A stretch of 32,000 nucleotides of DNA from Candidatus Portiera aleyrodidarum (lineage in GTDB: Bacteria > Pseudomonadota > Gammaproteobacteria > Johnevansiales > Johnevansiaceae): assembly GCF_000953295.1 (NCBI RefSeq), contig NZ_LN649255.1, forward strand, positions 60,001 to 92,000. Direction: 5' to 3'. Under the pieces are notes generated by a model, which worked only from the letters and a program-made list of their open reading frames with translations, made no database searches and was not told where the DNA came from. How positions within the stretch are numbered: the first letter of the stretch is position 1; each line of letters opens with the position of its first letter. Positions 9,565 to 18,988 of the stretch are shown here, piece by piece. The position numbers and the translations under genes are program-made.

Positions 9565-9579
9565 ATTCTAATTAATCTA

Positions 9580-12234
9580 ATGAATAAATTATATAATAAA
9601 TGGGGAAAAGGTATCCCTTTTTCCATTATGATTCCTCCTCCAAATGTTAACGGTAAATTGCATATGGGTCATGCTTTTGAATATACATTAATAGATACAA
9701 TTATACGTTATAAACGTATGCAAGGTTATAAGACCCTATTGCAATTTGGAACTGATCATGCTGGGATAGCAACACAAATTTTAATTGAAAATAATCTTGC
9801 TAAAAATAAAATCTCTCGTCTTACTTTGGGAAGAAAAATTTTTATAAAAAAAACATTTAAATGGTGTAATTATACTATACCTAAAATTATTTTACAAATG
9901 AAACGGCTAGGTATAAGTGTTGATTGGAAAAAAGAACGATTTACTATGGATTATGGTTTTTATCAAACAGTGCAGGAAGCTTTTATTAAATTGTATAAAG
10001 AAGGATTAGTTTATAGAGGAAAAAGATTGATAAATTGGGATCCAATTTTATTTACAGCTCTATCAGATATAGAAGTTGAAAATATTGAATCAAAGGGTAA
10101 ATTATGGTATATACGTTATCCTTTATTAAATAATATAAAAACTATTGATGGAAAAAATTATTTATTAGTTGCTACTACCCGGCCTGAAACCCTTCTAGCA
10201 GATACTTTTATTGCAGTTAATCCTAAAGATAACCGTTATAAAAATTTAATAGGTCAATGTGTGAAATTACCATTATTAGGTCGTGTATTACCAATTATTA
10301 CTGATGAAATTGTTGATATACAGTTTGGTACAGGGTGTGTTAAAATTACACCTGCACATAATTTTATTGATTATAAAATTGGTAAACGTAATAACAGTCT
10401 CTTAATAAATATATTTACTAAGAAGTTTAGAGTTCGAAAAAAAGCAGAAATATGTAAATTTAAATCAGGTAAAGTTTTAAATTATAATTTTATTAAATTA
10501 CCAAAATCATATGTTGGGTTGTCTATAAATTTATTACGTAAAAATATAGTTAATGACTTATTAAAAAATAATTTTTTAGAAAAAAAAATAGATAATTATA
10601 TATTAATGTTGCCGTGTGGTGATCGTTCCGGGGCCGTAATTGAACCATTACTTACAGATCAATGGTTTGTTTCTATTAAAAGTTTAGCTAATTTAGCTAT
10701 TAATGCAGTAAAAAACGAGAATATAAGGTTTATACCAAAAAATTATGAAAAAATATATATAAATTGGATGTATAATCTTAAAGATTGGTGTATTTCTCGG
10801 CAATTATGGTGGGGACATAGAATCCCAGCTTGGTTTGATGATAATAATAATATATTTGTTGGACGTAATGAAGAAGAAATAAGAAATAAAAATTTTATTA
10901 ATTTTACAACTAAATTATATCAATCTGGTGATGTTTTAGATACTTGGTTTAGTTCAGGATTATGGACTTTTAGTACTATTGGCTGGCCTCAAAATACATA
11001 TTATTTTAATTTATTTCATCCATCTAGTGTTTTAATTACTGGTTTTGATATTATACCGTTTTGGGTTTCTCGTTTGATAATGATGTCCATTAAATTGACT
11101 AATGAAATACCATTCAAAAAAGTGTATATACATGGTTTAATTAGAGATAAAATTGGACAAAAAATGTCAAAATCTAAAGGTAATGTTATAGATCCGCTTG
11201 ATTTAATAAATGGGATTGAAAAAAATAAATTAAATTTTGGTGCTGATGCTTTAAGATATACATTTTTATCTATATCTTTACCAGGTAAAGATATAAATTT
11301 TGATATAGGAAGATTAAAATGTTATAGTAATTTTTGTAATAAGTTATGGAATGCAACAAGATATGTTAGATCTAAATCAGAAATTTATAATAATAATTAT
11401 TATTATAATTATTTTTATTGGGAAAATTTAAATTCGATAAATAGATTTATTATTTCAATTTTACAAAAAACTAAAAAAAAATTTTCTAATTATTTAGAAG
11501 AATATCGTTTTGATTTAGCATCTCAAATTCTTTATGATTTTGTATGGAATGAATATTGTGATTGGTATTTAGAATTTTCTAAACTAATTTTTAATAGTAA
11601 ATATATCTTAGTTAAACTTAGTACAATAAATACATTAGAATATGTATTAAAAGAAATTTTATTATTATTGCATCCTATGATTCCTTTTATTACTGAAGAA
11701 TTATGGAAAAATATACAATATAAAAATAAAAAAACAATAATTCTTAATCAATCTTGGCCTAAGATAGATAAAAATAAAATTGATGAAAAAGCTATATCTG
11801 ATATAGAATTTATAAAAAAATTTATTAGAAATATACGTTATATGCGTGCATCAATAAATATTGATAACTTTAAAATAATAAAAATTTTTTGTTCTAAAAT
11901 AAAAATTCTTTATAAAAAATTATTAAAAAAATATAATTTTTATATATGCAAACTAGCTAAAATTCAAATTATAAATTATTATGAACCAAAAAATATTTCT
12001 TGCTTATCAAAAAATATTGAAAATATGATGATAATACATATCCCATATTCAAATTGTAAATTTCTTATAAAAGACAAAGAATTGAAAAAACAAAAAAAAT
12101 TAATTAAAATTTTAGAAATTAAATTAAAAAATAAAAATTTTATTAATAAAGCTCCTAAATATGTAATAAAAAAAAATAAAATTAAATTAAAAAAAGCTAA
12201 ATATTTAATTAAATTAATTGGTAAAAATAAATAA
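9580..12234 (+). CDS. valS: Valine--tRNA ligase
   Basis: An 884-aa ORF with PPPNVNGKLHMGHA (HIGH region), KMSKSKGN (KMSKS) and CISRQLWWGHRIPAW. It is shorter than E. coli ValS at the N-terminus and in one internal insertion. The C-terminal region is very Lys/Ile-rich. Confidence 0.97.
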   Translation: MNKLYNKWGKGIPFSIMIPPPNVNGKLHMGHAFEYTLIDTIIRYKRMQGYKTLLQFGTDHAGIATQILIENNLAKNKISRLTLGRKIFIKKTFKWCNYTIPKIILQMKRLGISVDWKKERFTMDYGFYQTVQEAFIKLYKEGLVYRGKRLINWDPILFTALSDIEVENIESKGKLWYIRYPLLNNIKTIDGKNYLLVATTRPETLLADTFIAVNPKDNRYKNLIGQCVKLPLLGRVLPIITDEIVDIQFGTGCVKITPAHNFIDYKIGKRNNSLLINIFTKKFRVRKKAEICKFKSGKVLNYNFIKLPKSYVGLSINLLRKNIVNDLLKNNFLEKKIDNYILMLPCGDRSGAVIEPLLTDQWFVSIKSLANLAINAVKNENIRFIPKNYEKIYINWMYNLKDWCISRQLWWGHRIPAWFDDNNNIFVGRNEEEIRNKNFINFTTKLYQSGDVLDTWFSSGLWTFSTIGWPQNTYYFNLFHPSSVLITGFDIIPFWVSRLIMMSIKLTNEIPFKKVYIHGLIRDKIGQKMSKSKGNVIDPLDLINGIEKNKLNFGADALRYTFLSISLPGKDINFDIGRLKCYSNFCNKLWNATRYVRSKSEIYNNNYYYNYFYWENLNSINRFIISILQKTKKKFSNYLEEYRFDLASQILYDFVWNEYCDWYLEFSKLIFNSKYILVKLSTINTLEYVLKEILLLLHPMIPFITEELWKNIQYKNKKTIILNQSWPKIDKNKIDEKAISDIEFIKKFIRNIRYMRASINIDNFKIIKIFCSKIKILYKKLLKKYNFYICKLAKIQIINYYEPKNISCLSKNIENMMIIHIPYSNCKFLIKDKELKKQKKLIKILEIKLKNKNFINKAPKYVIKKNKIKLKKAKYLIKLIGKNK

Positions 12235-12240
12235 AAAAAA

Positions 12241-12640
12241 GGATAAAATTTATTAATATTTCTGATGAAGCTTTAAAAGGTAATTGGTCTGTTATATTTT
12301 TTTATCCTGCTGATTTTAGTTTTGTATGTCCTGCAGAACTTTTAGATTTATCTGAAAATTATTCTAAATTTAAAAATCTAGGTGTTGAAATATATAACAC
12401 ACTATACCCACAAAGTCTGGAATGAGAGCTCTTCTACTATTTCTAAAATCAACTTTCCGATGATTGCAGATCCAGCAGGTCTTCTTTCTCGGAATTTTAA
12501 CGGTCTTATTGAAGAAACAGGTTTATCTGAACGGAAAATAAAAATAGATTACTAAGCATCCAGATGAGTTTGGTCCAGCAAATTGGAAAGAAGGATCAAA
12601 AACGTTAAAACCTAATATAGATTTAGTAGGAAAAATATAA
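12241..12640 (+). pseudogene. ahpC: Decayed alkyl hydroperoxide reductase subunit C (2-Cys peroxiredoxin) pseudogene
   Basis: Three frames together spell AhpC-like segments:
- RIKFINISDEALKGNWSVIFFYPADFSFVCPAELLDLSENYSKFKNLGVEIY
- THYTHKVWNESSSTISKINFPMIADPAGLLSRNFNGLIEETGLSER
- [27 protein letters not shown]
There is no start codon and the N-terminal codons are missing. There are also frameshifts, an in-frame stop and an internal deletion (see findings). Confidence 0.88.
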
Positions 12641-12643
12641 TAT

Positions 12644-12844
12644 ATGTCTTTACTAATTACAAATGATTGTATTAACTGTGATGTGTGTGAACTTACCTGT
12701 CCAAATAATGCTATTTTTCCAGGTGAAGAAATTTATGAAATTAATCCTGAATTATGTAATGAATGTATTGGTTTTTTTAACCATCCACAATGTCAACAAG
12801 TTTGTCCAGTTGCTTGCATCATTCCTCAACAACGTAATCCTTGA
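12644..12844 (+). CDS. yfhL: Small 2x[4Fe-4S] ferredoxin, YfhL type
   Basis: A 66-aa ORF, MSLLITNDCINCDVCELTCPNNAI..IYEINPELCNECIGFFNHPQCQQVCPV. The Cys pattern (CxxCxxCxxxCP ... CxxC...CxxxCP) and sequence resemble E. coli YfhL as I recall it. The 3' end overlaps trpA by 19 bp in convergent orientation. Confidence 0.8.
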   Translation: MSLLITNDCINCDVCELTCPNNAIFPGEEIYEINPELCNECIGFFNHPQCQQVCPVACIIPQQRNP

Positions 12845-13638
12845 GATAATTTCCTAGTTATTTTTAAGACATTACTAATTGCTTTTTTAGGTTTACAACA
12901 ATATTTTTCTATTTTTTCTAATAAAGCTGATCCCACTACAACTGCATCACTAATATTTGCTAGTTTTTTAACTTGTTGTAGATTTCTAATCCCAAAACCA
13001 ACTGCAATTGGTAAATTTGTATATTTCCGTATTATTTTGACTGATTTTTCTACTTCCTCAACTTTTGGAGCAATTCCTCCTGTAACTCCATTTATTGAAA
13101 TATAATAAATGTATCCTGAAGAATTTTTTAATATCAAAGGTATTCTATTTGCATTTGTGTTTGGTGTAATTATACGTATAAAATCAATTCCCTGTTTTAT
13201 TGCTGGGATACAAACTTCTTTATCATGTTCTGGTGGTAAATCAACTATTATTAACCCATCAACTTGAGCTGTATAAGCATCTTTAATAAAATTTTTTACT
13301 CCATATCTATAAATAGTATTATAATATCCCATCAAAATTATTGGTGTTTTATTATCAATAACACGAAAACTTTTTACCAATTCAAATGTTTTTTTTTGAT
13401 TATGTCCACTATATAATGATCTTTGCGTTGATTTTTGTATTATTTCACCATCAGCAATAGGATCTGTAAAAGGCATCCCCAATTCTATAATATCAGCTCC
13501 TGCTTTAGGTAAATTTTTTATTAATTCTAAAGACTGGTCGTAATTTATATCCCCGGCAGTTATGAAAGTTACCAAAGCAGTTCTTTTCTTCTTGTATAAT
13601 TTTTCAAAACAAATTTTTATACGTTTATTAATAATCAT
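12826..13638 (-). CDS. trpA: Tryptophan synthase alpha chain
   Basis: TrpA-like ORF (..IELGMPFTDPIADGEIIQ.., ..ISINGVTG..). I prefer the ATG at 13638..13636, which forms a TAATG overlap with the trpB stop. The track's TTG start at 13644 is the alternative. Confidence 0.93.
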   Translation of the reverse strand: MIINKRIKICFEKLYKKKRTALVTFITAGDINYDQSLELIKNLPKAGADIIELGMPFTDPIADGEIIQKSTQRSLYSGHNQKKTFELVKSFRVIDNKTPIILMGYYNTIYRYGVKNFIKDAYTAQVDGLIIVDLPPEHDKEVCIPAIKQGIDFIRIITPNTNANRIPLILKNSSGYIYYISINGVTGGIAPKVEEVEKSVKIIRKYTNLPIAVGFGIRNLQQVKKLANISDAVVVGSALLEKIEKYCCKPKKAISNVLKITRKLSQGLRC

Positions 13639-14816
13639 TAACAATGCTCACTTATAATTGATATATCCTTATCGCCTCTACCACTCATATTTACTAATAT
13701 AATAGTTTTCTTTGATAATCTGGGAGCTATTTTACTAACATACGCTAAGGCATGAGCTGATTCTAAAGCTGGTATTATACCTTCTAAATAGCAACATTTC
13801 TTAAAGGCATCAAGAGCTTCATTATCAGTAACAGATACATAATCAATCCGCTTACATTTATAATAATAACAATGTTCTGGCCCTACCCCTGGATAATCCA
13901 TTCCTGCTGAAATTGAGTGAGCATCTTTAATTTGACCATCTTGATTTTGTAAAAGATAAGTACGATTACCATGAAGAATTCCTGGGACACCTCCAGTCAG
14001 GCTAGCTGCATGTTTCCCTGTTTCAATTCCCTTTCCCCCTGATTCTACTCCTATCATCCGTACATTCTCCTTTATCATTGGATAAAATAAACCCAAGGCA
14101 TTAGATCCCCCACCAATACAAGCAACTAATATATCAGGAAGTTTCCCTTCAATTTTAATAATTTTTTCACGGACTTCATAACCAATTATAGATTGAAAAT
14201 CACGAACCATAACAGGATAAGGATGTGGGCCTGCAACTGTCCCTATAATATAAAATGTATTTTCTATATTATTTACCCAATCTCTTAATGCTTCATTCAT
14301 AGCATCTTTTAATGTCCCCTTACCTGAAGTTACAGGTACTACCTTAGCACCTAATAATTTCATGCGATAAACGTTTGTTTTTTGACGTTTAACGTCAGTC
14401 AAACCCATATAAATCACGCACCTCATACCAAATCTGGCCGCTACAGTTGCAGTTGCTACTCCGTGCATTCCAGCACCTGTTTCTGCAATAATTCGATTTT
14501 TACCTAACCGTTTTGCTAATAAGATTTGACCAATACAATTATTTATTTTATGTGCACCTGTATGGTTTAAATCTTCTCTTTTGAAATATATTTTAGCACC
14601 ACCTAAGTTTTGAGTAATTCTATCAGCTAAATATAATGGACTTGGTCTGCCTATATAATTTTTTTGATAATATAATAATTCATTTCTGAATGAGTTATCT
14701 ACTTTAGCTGATTGGTAAGTTTTTTCAAGCTCTATTATTAAAGGCATTAGGGTTTCTGATACAAAACGACCACCAAAATCACCAAATAAACCTTCATCAT
14801 TAGGTAGATTATTCAT
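13638..14816 (-). CDS. trpB: Tryptophan synthase beta chain
   Basis: A 392-aa ORF with the PLP-lysine region [19 protein letters not shown] and other strongly conserved TrpB blocks. Confidence 0.97.
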   Translation of the reverse strand: MNNLPNDEGLFGDFGGRFVSETLMPLIIELEKTYQSAKVDNSFRNELLYYQKNYIGRPSPLYLADRITQNLGGAKIYFKREDLNHTGAHKINNCIGQILLAKRLGKNRIIAETGAGMHGVATATVAARFGMRCVIYMGLTDVKRQKTNVYRMKLLGAKVVPVTSGKGTLKDAMNEALRDWVNNIENTFYIIGTVAGPHPYPVMVRDFQSIIGYEVREKIIKIEGKLPDILVACIGGGSNALGLFYPMIKENVRMIGVESGGKGIETGKHAASLTGGVPGILHGNRTYLLQNQDGQIKDAHSISAGMDYPGVGPEHCYYYKCKRIDYVSVTDNEALDAFKKCCYLEGIIPALESAHALAYVSKIAPRLSKKTIILVNMSGRGDKDISIISEHC

Positions 14817-14940
14817 TATTAATCCTTAGTATTTTTTTTTACTTAATTTATATTTTATAATTTTTTATATTATTTACTAGTATTTATAATATAATTAATA
14901 TTAACAAACTATTGATTAACTATTTAAATTTTTTTTTATA

Positions 14941-15423
14941 ATGCAAATAAAAAAGTTACCAATAATTATAAATTTTCAATATGAAATTAATATTAATAAT
15001 ATAATTAAATTAATTATACCAAATGAAAAAATAATTTTTTCTTGGATTTATTTAGTTTTTCAACAACATTATAAAAAAAGACATAAATATTTTAAAGAAT
15101 TAACTATACGTTTTGTTGAATATAAAGAAATTTATATACTTAATAGCTATTATCGTGGGATAAATAATTTAACAAATATACTTTCTTTCCCATATGAAGC
15201 ACCTCCTGGGATTAAAATACCTTTAATAGGTGAAATAGTAATAACTCCAAATATAATTTTATATGAATCATTACAAAAAAATAAATCTTTTATAGCTCAT
15301 TTTGCTCATATAATTATCCATGGGTGTTTACATTTAATTGGTTTCAATCACAACAATGAAAATGATGCTGCTAATATGGAAAATATTGAATACTCAATAT
15401 TAGAACAAATAAAATTCAGTTAA
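14941..15423 (+). CDS. ybeY: Endoribonuclease YbeY (16S rRNA maturation)
   Basis: A 160-aa ORF with the zinc-binding motif HIIIHGCLHLIGFNH (HxxxHxxxxxH) characteristic of YbeY. The N-terminal half is very divergent. Confidence 0.85.
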   Translation: MQIKKLPIIINFQYEININNIIKLIIPNEKIIFSWIYLVFQQHYKKRHKYFKELTIRFVEYKEIYILNSYYRGINNLTNILSFPYEAPPGIKIPLIGEIVITPNIILYESLQKNKSFIAHFAHIIIHGCLHLIGFNHNNENDAANMENIEYSILEQIKFS

Positions 15424-15443
15424 TAAAACAAAATTTAATATAT

Positions 15444-18038
15444 ATGAAAAATCCATTTTATTATATAGATATTGAACAAGAAGCACAAAAGTTTTGGGAA
15501 GATAATAAATGTTTTGAAACAGTAGAAGATATTAATAAAGAAAAATTTTATTGTTTATGTATGTTTCCATATCCCAGTGGTAATTTACATATAGGGCATG
15601 TACGTAATTATACAATAGGAGATGTAATCTCTCGTTTACAACGTATGCTAGGAAAAAATGTATTAAATCCGATTGGCTGGGATGCTTTTGGTATGCCAGC
15701 AGAAAATGCTGCAAAAAAAAATATTATTTCTCCTAAAAAATGGACATCTGCAAATATTTTTTATATGCGTAAACAACTTAAAAAGTTAGGTTTTTCTTAT
15801 AATTGGGGTAGAGAAATAACAACATGTAATTTCAAGTACTTTCGTTGGGAACAATGGTTTTTTATTAAATTGATAGACCATGGTTTAATATATAAAACTA
15901 ATGCGAGTGTTAATTGGGATCCTGTTGATAATACTATTTTAGCTAACGAACAAGTAATCAAGGGTATTGGATGGCGTTCTGGGGCAAAAGTTGAACGTAT
16001 AAAAATTCCAATCTGGTTTCTTAAAATTACAGATTATGCTGAAGAACTTTTGAAAGGTTTAGAAAATCTAGATTGGCCAGAGTCTGTAAAAAAAATGCAA
16101 ATTAATTGGATTGGTAAATCTAAAGGAATAGAAATTTATTTCAAAGTTCTGGCTTCTGTTCCTAACTTTTTATCTAATTTGAAAGTTTTTACAAAACGTC
16201 CAGATACACTATTTGGAGTTACTTATATAATCTTAGCTCCAGATCATCCTTTAGTTGAATTAGCTGCACAAAATAATAAAAAATTAATGAATTTTTGTAA
16301 AACTTTTCGTATAGGTGGAAATTCTTCAGTAGAATTATTAAATAAGGAAAAAATTAGCTTATATATAGGATATAAAGTCTTACATCCAATTACCAATGAA
16401 TATTTACCAATCTATGTTTCTAATTTTCTTATTATGGAATATGGTACTGGGGCAGTAATGGGGGTTCCTGCCCATTATCAAATAGACTGGGAATTGGCAT
16501 ATAAGTACGGATTACCAATAAAACCAGTAATTTCAGATAAGAATGGGATTCTTCCTGAGATTTCTAAAAAAGCATATACCAAATATGGATTCATTATAAA
16601 TTCAGGTATATTTGATAAATTAAATTTTTTTGAAGCATTTGATTATATTAATAAATATATAAAACAAATAAAGTGTGGAGTTATTAAAAATCATTTTAGG
16701 CTGCGTGATTGGGGTATTTCCCGACAAAGATATTGGGGGACTCCGATTCCTATAAAGTATGGTCCAAAAGGAGAAACAGTCCCGCTTACAGATAAAGAAT
16801 TACCGGTTTGTTTACCAACCGAGTTGAGTTTTAATAGTAAGTTAGATAATTTTAATTTAAAAAAAATACCATCTTTTTACGAGTTAGGAAATGGATGGGT
16901 ACGTGATACGGAGACTTTTGATACTTTTATAGAATCGTCTTGGTATTATGCACGTTTTTGTAGTTACAATAATAAAAAATCGATTCTTGATGCAAGGGTA
17001 AACTATTGGTTACCAGTTGATATGTATATTGGTGGGATTGAACATGCAATTTTGCATTTATTATATGCTAGGTTTTTCCATAAATTAATGCGGGACTTTG
17101 GCTTCTTAGAGTGTGATGAACCATTCAAAAAATTAATTACTCAAGGCATGGTTATTACTCCCACCTACTATAGAAAAATACATGGTAAAAAAGAATGGTT
17201 TAGCCCTTTAGATATAAAGTTAAATAAAGATAAAAACACAGGTCAAATTATAGCAACTTTAATTAAAGATGGTGGCTCTGTTATAAGTAGCGGTATTGAA
17301 AAAATGTCTAAATCAAAAAATAACGGAGTTGATCCTAAAACTATAATTGATAAATTTGGTGCAGATACATTACGCTTATTCATTATGTTTTCCGCACCTA
17401 CAGAACAATCACTTATTTGGTCAGAAACTGGAATTAAAGGTGCTTACCGATTTCTCAAACGTTTATGGAATCTAGTTCATATACATATATCTAAATATTT
17501 TTCAAAAAATAATAAAATAAAAATCTCATCATTAACCCCCTCTCAATTTATTTTATATCGCAAAACCCAGAAAACAATAAAAAAAGCTACTGAAGATATG
17601 ATCTTTCGGCATACGTTTAATACTGTAATAGCAAAAGTAATGGAATTAACTAATTTAGTATCACGTTTTCTTGATTATAGTATCCTGGGGTTATCTGTAA
17701 TTAGGGAAGCTTTGAAATCTATTATATTAATAATGTCACCAATCGTTCCGCACATTACCCATGTATTATGGAAAAAACTGGGATACGAACATCCCGTTAT
17801 TGATGCAAATTGGCCAAAGTTTAATAAACAATGCTTATTAGAAAAATTAATTACCGTGGTTGTACAAATTAATGGAAAGTTCCGTAAAATATTAAAATTC
17901 CCTATAAATTATGGTCCCAAAAAACTGGCAATCGGTATTTTATCCTCTAAACATATAAATTGTTACCTAATAGGAAAACTCATTAATAAAATTATTATCG
18001 TACCAGAAAAAATAATTAATATAGTAGTTAAAAAATGA
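15444..18038 (+). CDS. leuS: Leucine--tRNA ligase
   Basis: An 864-aa ORF with PYPSGNLHIGHVRNY (HIGH), KMSKSKNN (KMSKS) and a CP1 editing region. Ends with TGA. Confidence 0.97.
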   Translation: MKNPFYYIDIEQEAQKFWEDNKCFETVEDINKEKFYCLCMFPYPSGNLHIGHVRNYTIGDVISRLQRMLGKNVLNPIGWDAFGMPAENAAKKNIISPKKWTSANIFYMRKQLKKLGFSYNWGREITTCNFKYFRWEQWFFIKLIDHGLIYKTNASVNWDPVDNTILANEQVIKGIGWRSGAKVERIKIPIWFLKITDYAEELLKGLENLDWPESVKKMQINWIGKSKGIEIYFKVLASVPNFLSNLKVFTKRPDTLFGVTYIILAPDHPLVELAAQNNKKLMNFCKTFRIGGNSSVELLNKEKISLYIGYKVLHPITNEYLPIYVSNFLIMEYGTGAVMGVPAHYQIDWELAYKYGLPIKPVISDKNGILPEISKKAYTKYGFIINSGIFDKLNFFEAFDYINKYIKQIKCGVIKNHFRLRDWGISRQRYWGTPIPIKYGPKGETVPLTDKELPVCLPTELSFNSKLDNFNLKKIPSFYELGNGWVRDTETFDTFIESSWYYARFCSYNNKKSILDARVNYWLPVDMYIGGIEHAILHLLYARFFHKLMRDFGFLECDEPFKKLITQGMVITPTYYRKIHGKKEWFSPLDIKLNKDKNTGQIIATLIKDGGSVISSGIEKMSKSKNNGVDPKTIIDKFGADTLRLFIMFSAPTEQSLIWSETGIKGAYRFLKRLWNLVHIHISKYFSKNNKIKISSLTPSQFILYRKTQKTIKKATEDMIFRHTFNTVIAKVMELTNLVSRFLDYSILGLSVIREALKSIILIMSPIVPHITHVLWKKLGYEHPVIDANWPKFNKQCLLEKLITVVVQINGKFRKILKFPINYGPKKLAIGILSSKHINCYLIGKLINKIIIVPEKIINIVVKK

Positions 18039-18988
18039 AGATATTTTCTTATCAGCTTTCTGAGTATTTAAACAACAATTTCTCTACCCTTTATCTTTTA
18101 TCTGGATCTGAACCTGTGGTATATCTGGAAGTCTGTGACATGATTCGTGCAAAATTTACTTCATTAGGTAGGGTATATCGTAAAGTACTATATATAGAAA
18201 AAGAAAAAAGCTGGAGCAAACAACTATTGAAAGTCTCTACTAATTTATCACTTTTTGCCATACTTAAGCTCATAGAAATACAATTTCTTAGACTCCCACC
18301 CAATCTTCAATATATTAAAAATCTTCATAAGCTATTAAAGAGTAATAATATTTTTTTATTGATTATGATTCCACATTTAGATTATAAAATACAACAAACA
18401 AAATGGTTTAAAGATCTAGAAGCAATTAGCGTTTTTGTACCTCTTCCAGAAATAGAAGATATTTCTGGTTGGATTTTTAATCGAGCAGAAAAAAAACATA
18501 AAATCAGTCTTAATATAGATGCTCTCTCACTTTTAAACCAGCGTTTTGAAGGTAATTTAATTGCCTTGGATAAATTAATATCCAATAACCCTAAGTTTTT
18601 AAAGGCACAGGATATATTAAAGACTCTTCCGGATAATTCACGATTTAATGGAATTGATTTGCTGGATGCTTGTATTTTAGGTGACCCGCTTCGCTGCATA
18701 TGTATTATTCAATTCTTGCAACTCTCAGATTTTGATGTATCTATTATTTTATGGAATTTAATTAGTGAATTCCGTATATTTATATTTAAAGCAGTGGGTA
18801 TAAAAAAAATAAATAAAAAACATAAAAAAGCACTACAAAGGTTATCTATTTCTTCCATACATAATATGTTTTTATTTGCTCAATATTTAGACAATGCCAT
18901 TAAACATAAACATGAGCATAATATCCTTTGGGTATTCTTGAATAATTTAGTTCTAATGTTAGCAGGAGCTCTTAAACCTTATGAATAG
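18035..18988 (+). CDS. holA: DNA polymerase III delta subunit
   Basis: A 317-aa ORF collinear with E. coli HolA (YLLSGSEPVV vs YLLLGNDPLL, FEGNLIALDKL vs YEGNLLALAQAL). It is in the conserved position after leuS and overlaps it by 4 bp (ATGA). Confidence 0.85.
   Translation: MKIFSYQLSEYLNNNFSTLYLLSGSEPVVYLEVCDMIRAKFTSLGRVYRKVLYIEKEKSWSKQLLKVSTNLSLFAILKLIEIQFLRLPPNLQYIKNLHKLLKSNNIFLLIMIPHLDYKIQQTKWFKDLEAISVFVPLPEIEDISGWIFNRAEKKHKISLNIDALSLLNQRFEGNLIALDKLISNNPKFLKAQDILKTLPDNSRFNGIDLLDACILGDPLRCICIIQFLQLSDFDVSIILWNLISEFRIFIFKAVGIKKINKKHKKALQRLSISSIHNMFLFAQYLDNAIKHKHEHNILWVFLNNLVLMLAGALKPYE

Noticed and set aside
12663-12857. A 64-aa ORF overlapping the ferredoxin gene in another frame
   Set aside because: The alternative frame encodes a clean YfhL-type di-cluster ferredoxin with the full Cys pattern. 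This ORF has no recognisable features and is an out-of-frame shadow.
13642-13644. The TTG at 13644 as the trpA start (the track call)
   Set aside because: An ATG two codons downstream (13638..13636) forms a TAATG overlap with the trpB stop and is the more conventional coupled start. The difference is only 2 aa and is not resolved.
14817-14940. The trpB/ybeY divergent spacer as a possible small RNA or attenuator
   Set aside because: It is 124 nt of almost pure A/T with no stem-forming G/C segments, no leader-peptide Trp codons and no T-loop-like motifs. Nothing here can be supported.
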